Position numbers and translations under genes: made by a program. Shown here piece after piece: positions 50,570 through 61,255 of a DNA stretch of 64,000 nucleotides. The stretch lies in NCBI GenBank assembly GCA_963674865.2, contig CAXXYE010000004.1:416001-480000 (forward strand), in the 5' to 3' direction. Every line of letters starts with the position of its first letter. Position 1 is the stretch's first letter. The DNA is from Candidatus Hydrogenedentota bacterium. GTDB taxonomy: Bacteria > Hydrogenedentota > Hydrogenedentia > Hydrogenedentales > SLHB01. Below the pieces are notes generated by a model. That model did no database searches and was not told the DNA's origin. It worked only from the letters and a program-made list of their open reading frames with translations.

Positions 50570-50786
50570 GCCTCGACGTGCCTCCATTGGCTGGCAATTC
50601 GTTGTATGCGGGACGGCCGCTAAGTGCCCGTTATCATAGCATATGGGCCCCCAGTGCGAAGGGCTCGTCGATGCCTCACGTGAAATTCCTGCTTCGATGG
50701 CTTCATGGCGATTGTGGGGGAAACGTACCGCATGCTACCATGGCCTGGGACGGGCCAAGGGGGCCGTCAAGGCGCGGAGAAGGACC

Positions 50787-51896
50787 ATGAACAGACTGAC
50801 AGTGATAGGTTGTGTCGTGCTGCTGGTTGGCGCGGGCTGCGCCACTACTCCGAAGGAAGGCGCCAAGACGCTGGGCGATGCGGCCTCGCCGGCCTGGTCG
50901 CTCGACGCCGCGCATGAGGGCATGAAGGTGGCCGTCTCGCCCGCGGGGAAGACGCTGCGCATTGCCGGTTCCTACGGCACCGTTATCGGCGCGGGCGTTG
51001 ACGCCGTGGCGAACGCGCGATACCGCGAAGCCCTTCACGACGCGCTCGACGACTATGACGCGGCGGGGATATTCGAGGCGCGGCTGAAGGCGCGCCTGGA
51101 GGAGGCGTCGTCCAACATGACGCAGGTGGCGCCATTGGGAACGGCGGCGGGCCTGCGCAGCCTGCACGAGGCGGCGGAACTCCGCTACGAGTCTCTAGCC
51201 GAGAGCGGGAGGGACATGGTGCTCGACCTCACCATGACTTACGGCATCTTTGGGCCGCAGGGCGTCTTGGTGGCCAAGCTGGACGGAAAGCTCGCCGATG
51301 TGCCACGCGGGCGTCGGCTATGGCATGGCACCGTCCTGGCGTCTACGAACGCAATCCTGGCCAGCGACAGACTCGCCGATCCCACCAACCGGATCAGCCC
51401 GAATTGGTCGTCGCCGCGGCTCAAGGCGGATGAAGAGGCCATCGCCCAGTGGACAGGGGACGGCGGCGGGACGATTCGGCGGCGTTTCGAGACGGCCGTG
51501 AATGGGGTGGTTTCGGCGCTGTTATGCGAGCTGGGCCTGGCCGAAGAAGCGGAAGGGGAGTATTACCTCGGCAAGCTGGCGATGAATAAGAAGGACTTTG
51601 AGGGTGCGCTGACGCATTTCCGAAAGGCTGTCGCGCTCGCGCCGGACTCGCTTGACGCGGAAAACGGCTTGGCCGTTACGCTTGGACACATGAAGAAGGT
51701 CGACGAGGCCATCGCCACGGCGCGTGCCGTGGCGGATCGGGCGCCGGACTACGGCCCCGCCTGGTACAACCTCGCCTGGTGGTACGCTACAGAGAAGGCC
51801 GACACCGCCACAGCGAAAACATGCTACGAGAAGGCTCAGGCCCTCGGCATCGCTCCGGAGGAGCGCCTCGAGAAGGCGCTCCAGGGGAAGAAGTAG
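50787..51896 (+). CDS. TPR-containing lipoprotein
   Basis: Lipobox-like GAGC; C-terminal TPRs. Confidence 0.8.
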   Translation: MNRLTVIGCVVLLVGAGCATTPKEGAKTLGDAASPAWSLDAAHEGMKVAVSPAGKTLRIAGSYGTVIGAGVDAVANARYREALHDALDDYDAAGIFEARLKARLEEASSNMTQVAPLGTAAGLRSLHEAAELRYESLAESGRDMVLDLTMTYGIFGPQGVLVAKLDGKLADVPRGRRLWHGTVLASTNAILASDRLADPTNRISPNWSSPRLKADEEAIAQWTGDGGGTIRRRFETAVNGVVSALLCELGLAEEAEGEYYLGKLAMNKKDFEGALTHFRKAVALAPDSLDAENGLAVTLGHMKKVDEAIATARAVADRAPDYGPAWYNLAWWYATEKADTATAKTCYEKAQALGIAPEERLEKALQGKK

Positions 51897-51961
51897 GCCG
51901 CGTCGTTCTGAGACATCGCGCGTGGGCCAAGGACGATGGCTGGCGTGTTCTGCGCAATCGG

Positions 51962-54655
51962 CTATGGTTGCTCAGAGGCACGCGGCTCCAGGACGACTTC
52001 GCCGAGATCGATTAGCTCGCCGGGAACGCCCGTCACCGATTCAAAGGTTACCGGCTCGTAGGCATCGCCCCGGTGAAGACGCAGTATGATTGGCCGCGCG
52101 CGAAGGCAGTCGGCCTTCTCGAAGAGTCCCTGCTCGTCCGTCCGCACGTTGACGACCTCGTATGCTCCGTCGTCATACTCGACTTCAATCGAGAGCGAGG
52201 TGCGTGAGAAAGCGGTGCCATCCGGACGCAGCAAGACTCCGGTGAGTCCGCACAAGTCGTCGAGAACGAACGTCTCCTCTGGAAGCACATCGCCGAGGGA
52301 AGCGGAAAAGTGCCGACTCGTGGTTACGGGTGAGTCCGCAGTGGGTGGGAACGGCTTAAGTTCCAGCCAGAATTCGGTAACAGGCCAGTAGACAAGGAAC
52401 ACCGTCCGTCCATCGTCGTCCAACCGACGGGGCGATCCGAATGCCTTCTTCTCTCCGTCTAGTGTAACGACCCTCAGTGTTGTCTGGACACTCTCAACCG
52501 CCTCTCCTCGCGAGTTGACAACGCGAACGGGGAGGGATATTGGCTCAAATACCTTCAGTTCAGGATCAACACTCTCGCCGCCCCGGAGTGTGATTCGCTT
52601 TCCGAACCGGGAGATGTACTCCTGGCTATAGCCGGCATCAAGGGTGTGGAAAGGGCCGGCAAACACATCATATCTGCCGGGCCCAGTGCCAAGCTCGATC
52701 TTGAACTCGCCATTCTTATCGGTTTCCCGTCCAAAGCCATGGAGAGTGTGCTGTCCGTCTTTCAGGACGTGAATCCAAACGCCCGGCGCAGGACTGCCGG
52801 TCTTCTGAGTGCGCACAACGCCTTGAAAGGTGATGGTGCCGGAAATGACCGCATTCCATACGGTGACTTCGCCCGGCTTGAACTCAAGGCGCTTGTTGAT
52901 CGCGGTGAGGGGCGCCTTCTTGAGTGGATTATCCGCGTCCTTCTGAACGATGTTTCCGCGGTACTCGAGGGCAGGCATGATGCCTGCTATCTCATAATTG
53001 CCTTCGGCGTCGACCTCAGCTTCAAAGCCGGCTTCAGGCCTCCCGCCCGAGTACTGCGTGGACATTTGCGGTTCAGGAAGACTTCCGCACACCGAGACAA
53101 CAACGCCCTGCGCGGGACGGCCGCCCTGCCATGTCACCCTGCCGCGCAGTGTGGCCGTAGACTGCATCCTGAGTTGAGCATTCTTCTCGGATGTAGAAAG
53201 GTTGACGAAGAAGGACTGGCCATATTCCGCCGAACTGACGCGCAGTGTGCACCAGTCGGCGTCGAGTCCGAAGAAGAGGGTAAACCGGCCCGCGGCGTCG
53301 GTTAGGGTGTATCCCCGACTTCGGGTATAGCCTCTTCTGTTCCAGGCATGCTGAGTTACCACCAGGGCGTTCGCTACGGGTACCCCTCCAGCCGAGAGCA
53401 CGCGCCCCGAAAGCGCCTTGCCTGGTACAAGTTCTAGATCAACGCCCTTGGTGTCCTGGCCGAAAGCAAGTGAGACGGTCTTTGAGTACTTGCACGCCCA
53501 GTCTCTATGCGCAGCGCTCGCGAGAGCGCTACCGTCAAATGGAATCGCCGCGAAGTGGTACTCGCCGCGTTCGTCGGACGTGGTCCTCATCGCACTTGCG
53601 GGCCGCACGTAGCCCGCATCGAGCGAGAACGCCGTGTCAATCTCGGCGGTGTCGACGAGCAACACGTCCGCATCGGCCACAGGGCGGCCCTGATCATCTT
53701 TGACGGTTCCACTGAGGGTTGCGAAGCCGCCCTCCGCGAGCGGCTCCTCAGCCTCGTCACTCGCCATGGGCTCCGATGGTACGTCTGCCGTGGGAGGAGC
53801 CACCGATTCCGGCGCAGCGGGCGAGGTCGCATCTGAGGATGTCTGCGTCACAGACGCCACTTGGGCCGTGTAGGCCGGTTCTGGCTGCGGATCCTCTGAA
53901 TGCCAGAGGACAAGCCCGCCGCTCAGGGCGGCAAGACTGCACGCGGCGAGGACGCCGACGATGACAGGGCCCCACATCGCGCCCGTGCCCACGGCCGCCG
54001 CGAGAACTCCTCCAGTCGAGGGGCCGGCAAGGGCGAGTTTGCCTATGGAACGGGCAAGGCGTGAGGGGAGCGGCACGGCTTCCGCGAGATGGGCGCTCAT
54101 TGCCGTGCCGAGAGCACCGGCGGAGACAAGCATGCCGCGGCGCCTAAGGGTCTTCCGCACTTGCTCGATGCCGCGCTGCACGCGCCGTGTCACAGCGGAT
54201 CGAGAAACGCCTTCTTGCTGGGCAATGGCCTCGTGCGTCTGATCTTCGATGAAGTGGGCGACGATCGCGACGCGAAGCTTTTCGGGGAGTTCCGCAATGG
54301 CCTGATCGACGTGTTTGTAGATGTCGTCCCACACCGGCTCTAGGGCCGCATCCCCCTCCTTCGCGAATTCCTCCTCGCGGCGTCTTCGACGCTCGCCGGA
54401 CTTGAGGTGATCGAGGGCTCGGTTGGTCGCGACTCTATGGAGCCAAGGGCCGAAGGGCCCTTTGGGCCCTCGGGCCTGGCGCGCCAACGTCTCGAAACAG
54501 TCCTGGGCCGCATCTTCGGCGTCCGCGGCGTTACGAAGAATGCGGAGGCAGGTGGCGTACACCATGCCCGCGTACTTGTGACATAGCGTTTTGAATGCTT
54601 CGGCGTCGTGGCCGCGCGTCCACTTGTTGAATAAAACGTAGTCTGCACCGCTCAT
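51962..54655 (-). CDS. ECF sigma factor fused to TM and carboxypeptidase-regulatory-like beta-sandwich repeats
   Basis: DAEDAAQDCF, WLHRVATN, EAIAQQEGVSRSAVTRR; TM; repeats GTVKDDQGRPVADA, GRVLSAGGVPVANA, TDxxGxF. Confidence 0.85.
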   Translation of the reverse strand: MSGADYVLFNKWTRGHDAEAFKTLCHKYAGMVYATCLRILRNAADAEDAAQDCFETLARQARGPKGPFGPWLHRVATNRALDHLKSGERRRRREEEFAKEGDAALEPVWDDIYKHVDQAIAELPEKLRVAIVAHFIEDQTHEAIAQQEGVSRSAVTRRVQRGIEQVRKTLRRRGMLVSAGALGTAMSAHLAEAVPLPSRLARSIGKLALAGPSTGGVLAAAVGTGAMWGPVIVGVLAACSLAALSGGLVLWHSEDPQPEPAYTAQVASVTQTSSDATSPAAPESVAPPTADVPSEPMASDEAEEPLAEGGFATLSGTVKDDQGRPVADADVLLVDTAEIDTAFSLDAGYVRPASAMRTTSDERGEYHFAAIPFDGSALASAAHRDWACKYSKTVSLAFGQDTKGVDLELVPGKALSGRVLSAGGVPVANALVVTQHAWNRRGYTRSRGYTLTDAAGRFTLFFGLDADWCTLRVSSAEYGQSFFVNLSTSEKNAQLRMQSTATLRGRVTWQGGRPAQGVVVSVCGSLPEPQMSTQYSGGRPEAGFEAEVDAEGNYEIAGIMPALEYRGNIVQKDADNPLKKAPLTAINKRLEFKPGEVTVWNAVISGTITFQGVVRTQKTGSPAPGVWIHVLKDGQHTLHGFGRETDKNGEFKIELGTGPGRYDVFAGPFHTLDAGYSQEYISRFGKRITLRGGESVDPELKVFEPISLPVRVVNSRGEAVESVQTTLRVVTLDGEKKAFGSPRRLDDDGRTVFLVYWPVTEFWLELKPFPPTADSPVTTSRHFSASLGDVLPEETFVLDDLCGLTGVLLRPDGTAFSRTSLSIEVEYDDGAYEVVNVRTDEQGLFEKADCLRARPIILRLHRGDAYEPVTFESVTGVPGELIDLGEVVLEPRASEQP

Positions 54656-54808
54656 GAGAATATGTCCCCGTGTTCGCTTCTGTCTGCGAAGTCCATCTTC
54701 GCATATATCACGACACGGCGGGCAGAATGGTGCAGATCCTCATGACAGACCACCCTTACGTTCGGCGCGCGCCAGTTCAGCCTCTTGCCGATGGCGGCGG
54801 TATTGAGC

Positions 54809-55336
54809 CTACTCCTCCGGCTCGTCCTCGAACTCATCTTCCTTGTCATCGGCCTTGGACGCCTCGTCCGTCTGGCGGTGCTCCCCAATGGCCCTGGGCC
54901 GGGCTCTGCGGCCTTGGCCGGCCTCGGAAGGCCGCGGAATCCCATTCACGGTGGCCTCGCGCATGTCAAACCACGGCTGTATCTTCCCCGAGGCATCCTC
55001 GCCAAGGGCTGCCTTGGCCTCACGAACCAACGTCTCGCCCAACTCGCGGAACGTGGCCCAGGATGGGCTGTCCTTGCCCGTTGCGATCTTCCCTATCAGG
55101 GCTTCTCGCTCATCGTAGCCCTTCTGACAGACTGGGCGCAGTTTCTCCAGCGTAGGGGCGTCCAGTTTGGCCTTGAATGTCGCATAGCCCCACAGGCCTT
55201 CGACATCGCACAACAGCCTCGGGATGCCTCCCGGGTTCCTGGGCACCCTGGTAGGACGCTGGGCCGTGGCAGGAGGCAGAAGTGTCACCAAAACAAACAG
55301 AACGAGCACGACCGCAAGCATTGTCTTCTTGAACAT
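54809..55336 (-). CDS. Hypothetical secreted protein
   Basis: SD GGAGG; signal peptide MFKKTMLAVVLVLFVLVTLLPPATA. Confidence 0.6.
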   Translation of the reverse strand: MFKKTMLAVVLVLFVLVTLLPPATAQRPTRVPRNPGGIPRLLCDVEGLWGYATFKAKLDAPTLEKLRPVCQKGYDEREALIGKIATGKDSPSWATFRELGETLVREAKAALGEDASGKIQPWFDMREATVNGIPRPSEAGQGRRARPRAIGEHRQTDEASKADDKEDEFEDEPEE

Positions 55337-55443
55337 GATGAGTCCTCCCGGTTGAGTCGTCGCTTCATCGGCGTTCCGGCTCTCCGCAAGCCAATGTCCG
55401 CTAGTCGGAGAATGGCTGCCCAAGCCCCCGGCACGCCGGCTAC

Positions 55444-55995
55444 CTAGGCCAAGCGGGCGCCAATCTGGCGCGCCTCGTTGAGGCGATCCGCCTTTTTCAC
55501 GATCTCGCCTTTCTGCGTGACGCCGGGCACGAGAATCTTCGCCACGAGGTCCATTTCGAGGTATTCGAGCGATTTCTCGAAGAAAGCCACCAAGGGGTCC
55601 GCCGCGTGACGATCCTGTTCCTCGAAGGGGACGGCGATCACCGCCGATTTCCCCTTGACCTTCGGCCGGTTCTGCGGGCAGTTGAAGTACACGAACCGAT
55701 CGATGAAAGCCTTCATGAGTGCGGTGGGTCCATACCAATACACCGGCGTGCCGAAGACGACGGCGTCGCTCTCCGCGATCCGCGGGTAAAGCTCGTGCAT
55801 ATCGTCGTGCTTGGCGCAGCCTTTGCCATGCCAGCAGACGTGGCACCCATCGCATTCGCGGATACTCAGGCCATTCAGCAGGAGGAGGTCCGTCGCCACG
55901 CCGTGTTCCTCGGCGCCCTCGAGGATCTTTGAGACGAGGATATGTGTATTGCCGTTCAGGCGCGGACTGCCGACCACCCCCAGTACCTTCTTCAT
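55444..55995 (-). CDS. Flavodoxin family / iron-sulfur flavoprotein
   Basis: VVGSPRLNGNT, CDGCHVC..C, GTPVYW, KAFIDR. Confidence 0.88.
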   Translation of the reverse strand: MKKVLGVVGSPRLNGNTHILVSKILEGAEEHGVATDLLLLNGLSIRECDGCHVCWHGKGCAKHDDMHELYPRIAESDAVVFGTPVYWYGPTALMKAFIDRFVYFNCPQNRPKVKGKSAVIAVPFEEQDRHAADPLVAFFEKSLEYLEMDLVAKILVPGVTQKGEIVKKADRLNEARQIGARLA

Positions 55996-56231
55996 CGCTC
56001 GACCCCTCTGTGATTTGCAGGAAGGGGCACACGCCCGCCTCTGACAAACGGCACCCCTCGCGGTTTGGCCCGTGCGAGTGTCTAACACCCCTCCATTCGC
56101 ACAGTGTTCCCGCCTTCCAGAGTGCATACGGCCGTGAAATGGGCCAGGGCCACACCTCACGCCGCTACCGAAACCATTATGCCATATTCGGGCCTTGGAG
56201 TCAGTTGAAAGAATAACGGGGGAAAATGAGG

Positions 56232-58439
56232 CTATCTCCGCCGCTTGAAGCGGCGCGTGAGGATACTGATAAGGCCGTATAGAACGATAACGGCCGCACC
56301 GCATGAGACGTACAGGCCAAGGCGAACGGATAGGGGCTTGTAGGTGAACACCACGTCATGGGCGCCGGCCGGGACACGGACACGGCGGAAGAAGTCCTCT
56401 TCCGGCTCGACGGGCACCCGCTCGCCGCCCACCGTGGCCACCCAGCCAGGATACCACGCATCGGCGAGAACCAGGCCGGCATTCTGAGGGGACTCGACGT
56501 GCACGACGACTTCATTGTTGCGCTCCTGAGTCACCATCGACACGGAGGGTTCGTCCTGTCCCGGCGCATCGCCTTCGAGCTTCAGCCAAGCGCGCGGTTT
56601 GGCCTCGAGATCGTCGAAGAGCACCGCTCCTGAGGGAAAGACGCGGCGTATGCGCAAGAGAGGGCGCACGGGGGCAAAGGTAGTCTGAATATCCTGCTTG
56701 GTTAGGAGGAGCGCGCCACAGCCCGCGCGGCGCAAGAGAAGGGGCTCCTTCTCAAGACGCTTCACGAAAGCCTCATGACGTGTCAGGCCAACGCCGCTGG
56801 GAGCGTGAAGTTGCGGGATGAGGTTGCCGCTGAGAGGCCATTGTCTGAGAGTGGCGGTACCACCAGCACGCGTGCCCGTTGCTTTGAGGGACGCGATGAA
56901 ATCCGTCTCGGGAAAGAGCAGTTCCGTGGGTGTGTATATCACAGCCGGATGAAAAGCCAGGAACAGATCGACCACCATAATGCCGCAAAGCAGATAGCCG
57001 ATGAGCCGGGGAGACGGCCGGAACGCCGTGGTCGCCAGCAGAATCACAAAGGCTGCGGCGAGGCCGGCCATCAAGGCGGCCTGGGCCGTTGACGAGGGTA
57101 CATGATCGTTGCCGTTGTGGCGTAACGTCACGAGCAATATGAGCGCCGCCAGGAGGACGGCAGGTATGGCGATGGTGAGTCGGAGGATGGCGCTATGGCA
57201 TTCTTCGGGGTCGAGTTCCACCCATTCCAAGGCCGCGCCCGCGGCGAGAAGAGCGAAAAGAAACGCGTTGCCCACCAGGAAATGTTGCGGCTGGAGTCGC
57301 CCCACAACCGGGACGCCACCTAGCAGGCGCGGCCACACGAAAGCCAGGCAGGTCATGACGCCGGCCGTGGCCGCAATGGCGTCGATGCGCGCGCGTTGGG
57401 CCTTGTCCGCAAAGCCGCGGACGGCGAGCCAGAGCGGCACCGCAAGGATAGGCGCCAGCCCAACGTACAGAAGCCTCGGCAGCAAGACGCTCATCTGAAC
57501 GCCATCGCGGATCATTAGGCCGGGCCCTCTCCCCAAGAAAAAGGGGAATAGGGCGTTCATCAGATCGGCCACGTGCAGAATGTTTGGCTGTGGCCCCGGG
57601 CCAGTTCGTACGGACTCCCGCCACAGTTCGATAAAGGGCAGAATCTGAACCGCCGCGAGGCTCACACCGAATCCGAGTCCCGCGGCCAAGGCAACCAGTG
57701 AAGGCATCCGGACCTCAGGCTGTTTTCTTGCGAGCAAGACACGGGAGAACGTGAATACAAACACAAGGAGCACGGCGCCGCCCGTGGCCTCGGGATCGCC
57801 GCCAAGGAACATCAGGCCCAAGGCCGCCGCCCCTAAGGGCCAATACCTGGCATGGCCCAGGACAAGGCGCTCGGAGAAGAGAAACAGAAACGGAAGCCAC
57901 ACCACCGTGTCGGATATCGGCCAAGACGAGCGCATGAACACCACGCCGCTCAACTCGAAGGCGGCCCCCACCATCAGCGCCAAGGGCACACGGAATCCGA
58001 GCCTGCGAGCTGCGTAGAAGGCGGCCCAGCCGGCAATGACCAACTTCAGGATGGAGGACAACTTGAGGGCGGCCGTCACCGGCAGGAAGTAGAAGGGGAG
58101 TGAGAAAGGAGACAGGCATCGGGAACGCCATATGGCCAAGAACGGGACGCCACATCCCTCGTACGGATTCCAGAGGGGCCAATCCTGGCGTGCGGCGGAA
58201 TCACTTAGGAAGGCGTACCAGGGGTAGTAGGCCTCCGCCATCGCATGGAGGGCCGGGTTACTCGGCCCTTCGAGCCCGGCGGGTCTGGCCTCCTCCCATG
58301 GCGGCGCGAAAAGGACGCTATCGGTGGCGATGGGGGCCTTGTCGTAAAGCAGCACGGGATAAGAGACAAGCAAGGCGAGAAAGGCCAAGAGGGCCAGGGC
58401 CAGCAAGTTCTCCCCGGCCTTTCGGTATCTGCCGCGCAC
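56232..58439 (-). CDS. YfhO-family multi-TM protein (putative GT-C glycosyltransferase)
   Basis: PLWNPYEGCGVPF; many TMs; LVLADAWYPGW...VPAGAHDVVFTYKP. Confidence 0.8.
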   Translation of the reverse strand: MRGRYRKAGENLLALALLAFLALLVSYPVLLYDKAPIATDSVLFAPPWEEARPAGLEGPSNPALHAMAEAYYPWYAFLSDSAARQDWPLWNPYEGCGVPFLAIWRSRCLSPFSLPFYFLPVTAALKLSSILKLVIAGWAAFYAARRLGFRVPLALMVGAAFELSGVVFMRSSWPISDTVVWLPFLFLFSERLVLGHARYWPLGAAALGLMFLGGDPEATGGAVLLVFVFTFSRVLLARKQPEVRMPSLVALAAGLGFGVSLAAVQILPFIELWRESVRTGPGPQPNILHVADLMNALFPFFLGRGPGLMIRDGVQMSVLLPRLLYVGLAPILAVPLWLAVRGFADKAQRARIDAIAATAGVMTCLAFVWPRLLGGVPVVGRLQPQHFLVGNAFLFALLAAGAALEWVELDPEECHSAILRLTIAIPAVLLAALILLVTLRHNGNDHVPSSTAQAALMAGLAAAFVILLATTAFRPSPRLIGYLLCGIMVVDLFLAFHPAVIYTPTELLFPETDFIASLKATGTRAGGTATLRQWPLSGNLIPQLHAPSGVGLTRHEAFVKRLEKEPLLLRRAGCGALLLTKQDIQTTFAPVRPLLRIRRVFPSGAVLFDDLEAKPRAWLKLEGDAPGQDEPSVSMVTQERNNEVVVHVESPQNAGLVLADAWYPGWVATVGGERVPVEPEEDFFRRVRVPAGAHDVVFTYKPLSVRLGLYVSCGAAVIVLYGLISILTRRFKRRR

Positions 58440-58513
58440 CTCTCAGCCGCCCATGCACCGTGGACGGCCGGCGCAAGCGTTGCCTGCAAAGGCGCCTATT
58501 GCATCTGAGCAGG

Positions 58514-59905
58514 TCATTTCTTGGGAGGCATTGTGTGAATGCCCACGCCCAAATAGTCTTCCGCGGCTTCCATCATGGCTTCTGCAAGCGTCGGGTGCGT
58601 GTGAATCGTGTGGGCAATGTCCGCCACCGTGGCCTCCATAGTCATGGCCAGGGCGGCGGAAGCGATTAATTCACCCGCTTCGGCTCCCATAATATGGACG
58701 CCCACGACTTCGCCCGTGCCGGCGTCGCCGATGATCTTCACCAGGCCGTCCGTGTGCCCCATAGCCAAGGCGCGGCCGCTTGCCGTAAGGGGAAACCTAC
58801 CAGTTTTGACGTCCACACCCGCTTCGCGGGCCTGTTTCTCCGTCAGGCCGACATGGGCCACTTCAGGCGAGGTGAAATTGCAGGCCGGCACCACCCGGTA
58901 GTCCATGGCCCTCTTGCCGCCCGTGGCGTTGGTGGCGGCCACGAGCCCCTCGGCCGAGGCCCCGTGGGCGAGGAGAGTCTTGCCCACAACGTCGCCAATG
59001 GCATAGATCCCGGGGACGTTGGTTTCCATGTGCCTATCGACCAAGATCTCGCCCTTCGGGCCGAGTTTGACGCCTAGTGAAGGCGTCTTGGCCACCACAT
59101 CGGAGTGGAATGTCCGGCCAATGCCGACGAGAACAACATCCGCCTCGACGGCGCCTTTCTTGGCTCCGTCAAGTTCGACGTGGACGCCTTTCTTATCGGC
59201 ATCCACCTTCTTGACGGACGTCTTGGTGCGTACGTCAATGCCTCGCTTCTTGAAGATGGCGCCCAGCCGCTTGGTGAGTTCCTCATCCTCGAGGGGCAAC
59301 ACCGTATCCAGCATCTCGACGAGCGTCACTTGCGCGCCGAAGGCATTCCAAATGCACGCGAACTCGGCCCCCAGCGCCCCGGCCCCAATGACGACGACGC
59401 GTTTGGGCACATAGACAAGGTCGAGGGCCTCTGTGCTGGTAATGATCGTCTTACCGTTTGTCTCCATTCCGGGAAGTTGGCCAGGGCCGCTCCCCGTGGC
59501 AACGATCACGGCTTTGGCGGTAATTGTCTGCTCGCCCACGGTAACCTTGCCGGGGGCCGCGACTTGGGCATGGCCTTTGATGACCTCGATCTTGTGGGCT
59601 TTGAGGAGGCCGGCGACTCCCGACTTGAGCTTCTTCACGACCTCGTTTTTCCGCGCGATCAGGGCGGGCATCTTCACCTTGGGATCTTTGACTTCGATGC
59701 CGTAGGCCGCGGCCTGCTGCATCTCGCTGTAGAGTCCAGCCGAATAGATGAGCGTTTTGGTCGGGATACAGCCCCAATTTAGGCAGACGCCCCCGAGTTC
59801 CTCGCGTTCCACAACGACTACTCGAGCGCCCAGTTGGGCGGCGCGAATGGCGGCCACGTATCCGCCGGGCCCGGAGCCGATTACGACAACATCACAACTT
59901 CGCAT
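58514..59905 (-). CDS. lpdA: Dihydrolipoyl dehydrogenase (E3)
   Basis: GSGPGGY, GGVCLNWGCIP, HTHPTLAE. Confidence 0.96.
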   Translation of the reverse strand: MRSCDVVVIGSGPGGYVAAIRAAQLGARVVVVEREELGGVCLNWGCIPTKTLIYSAGLYSEMQQAAAYGIEVKDPKVKMPALIARKNEVVKKLKSGVAGLLKAHKIEVIKGHAQVAAPGKVTVGEQTITAKAVIVATGSGPGQLPGMETNGKTIITSTEALDLVYVPKRVVVIGAGALGAEFACIWNAFGAQVTLVEMLDTVLPLEDEELTKRLGAIFKKRGIDVRTKTSVKKVDADKKGVHVELDGAKKGAVEADVVLVGIGRTFHSDVVAKTPSLGVKLGPKGEILVDRHMETNVPGIYAIGDVVGKTLLAHGASAEGLVAATNATGGKRAMDYRVVPACNFTSPEVAHVGLTEKQAREAGVDVKTGRFPLTASGRALAMGHTDGLVKIIGDAGTGEVVGVHIMGAEAGELIASAALAMTMEATVADIAHTIHTHPTLAEAMMEAAEDYLGVGIHTMPPKK

Positions 59906-59926
59906 CGTAAACTCCTCACAAGTGAA

Positions 59927-61237
59927 TCAGAAGGCCGCTTTCTCGAGAATATCCCTGACGCGGCCAAGAAACTGCGCGGCGACCGCACCATCGATGACGC
60001 GGTGGTCGCTGGATAGAGTCATGTTCATCATCGGGCGAATCTGGATGCCGCCGTTAATGACAACGGGCTTGTCCTTGATGCGGCCGATAGCAAGGATGGC
60101 ACTGTCGGGCGGATTGATAATCGCCGTGAAAAGATCGACGCCGAAGACACCCATATTCGAGACGGTGAACGTGTTGCCCGAATAGTCATCGGGAAGGAGG
60201 CCGCCGTCCCGTGCCTTCCCGAGAAGCAGCTTTGAGGCCTGATCAAACTGCTCGAGCGTCATACGCTGCACCTGCCTGATAACGGGAACGACGAGGCCAT
60301 CGGGGACGGCGACGGCGAAGCCAAGGTTGATATCGCCCACGTGTTCGATGGCGTCGCCGGCCCACCGCGCGTTCACGCCGGGGAAGTCCCTGAGAGCCAA
60401 CGCCGCGGCCCACATGATCAGGACGTTATGGGAAGGCCGGAAGTTGGCAAAGGTGGTCCGGGACTTCTTAGCTGCCGTCATGTCTACCTCGACGCTGACG
60501 TAATAGTGCGGGGCCGAAAAGGCGCTTTCCGCCATGCGCTTGGCAATAATGCGGCGCATGGGGGTCAGTGGCACGTGCTCGACATCGCCGGCTGGCGCCG
60601 CGGCGGTTGGCTTGGCCCCCGCAACGTCCTCCTTGGTGATCTTCCCGCCGGCGCCGGTGCCCTTGAGCGTGGTGACATCAATGCCTCGCTCGCGTGCCAG
60701 GACCTTGGCTACCGGGGTGATCTTGAGGGGCGCCGCCTTTTCCGCGCGAGCGAGCACGTCCTCTTCGGTGACTCTGCCATTGGGCCCGGTGCCGACAACA
60801 AAGGCGAGGTCAATGTCGAGTTCCTCCGCCCGGGCGCGAGCACGGGGGGAGACGCCCCGCTCCGACGGGATGGCGGCGGGGGGCGAGGGCGCCGGGGCCT
60901 CGGAGGCTTCGGGAGCCGTCTCAACCGGGGCGGTTGCGGACTCTTCGTCTGCTGCCCGCTGAGTTGTGCCCTGATACTGCGCCAGATCGGGGAGGGGCTC
61001 ATCGGCGTCACCGACAAGGGCGACAACCGTGAGGACGGGCACGGTAACATCAGGTTCCAGCAAGATCTTACGAAGAATCCCGGCGGCCGTGGACTCGCAC
61101 TCGATCTCCGCCTTGTCCGTCTGGATCGAAAAGAGTGGCTCGCCCTGCTTGACCTCGTCCCCTTCCTGCTTCAGCCATTCGACAATGGCGGCCTCTTCAA
61201 CCGACTGGCCGAGCTGCGGCATTTTGATCTCGTGCAT
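59927..61237 (-). CDS. Dihydrolipoamide acyltransferase (E2)
   Basis: Lipoyl motif IQTDKAE; two E3-binding domains; catalytic DHRVIDG. Confidence 0.93.
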   Translation of the reverse strand: MHEIKMPQLGQSVEEAAIVEWLKQEGDEVKQGEPLFSIQTDKAEIECESTAAGILRKILLEPDVTVPVLTVVALVGDADEPLPDLAQYQGTTQRAADEESATAPVETAPEASEAPAPSPPAAIPSERGVSPRARARAEELDIDLAFVVGTGPNGRVTEEDVLARAEKAAPLKITPVAKVLARERGIDVTTLKGTGAGGKITKEDVAGAKPTAAAPAGDVEHVPLTPMRRIIAKRMAESAFSAPHYYVSVEVDMTAAKKSRTTFANFRPSHNVLIMWAAALALRDFPGVNARWAGDAIEHVGDINLGFAVAVPDGLVVPVIRQVQRMTLEQFDQASKLLLGKARDGGLLPDDYSGNTFTVSNMGVFGVDLFTAIINPPDSAILAIGRIKDKPVVINGGIQIRPMMNMTLSSDHRVIDGAVAAQFLGRVRDILEKAAF

Positions 61238-61255
61238 GCTTCTTCCCTATTGGCT

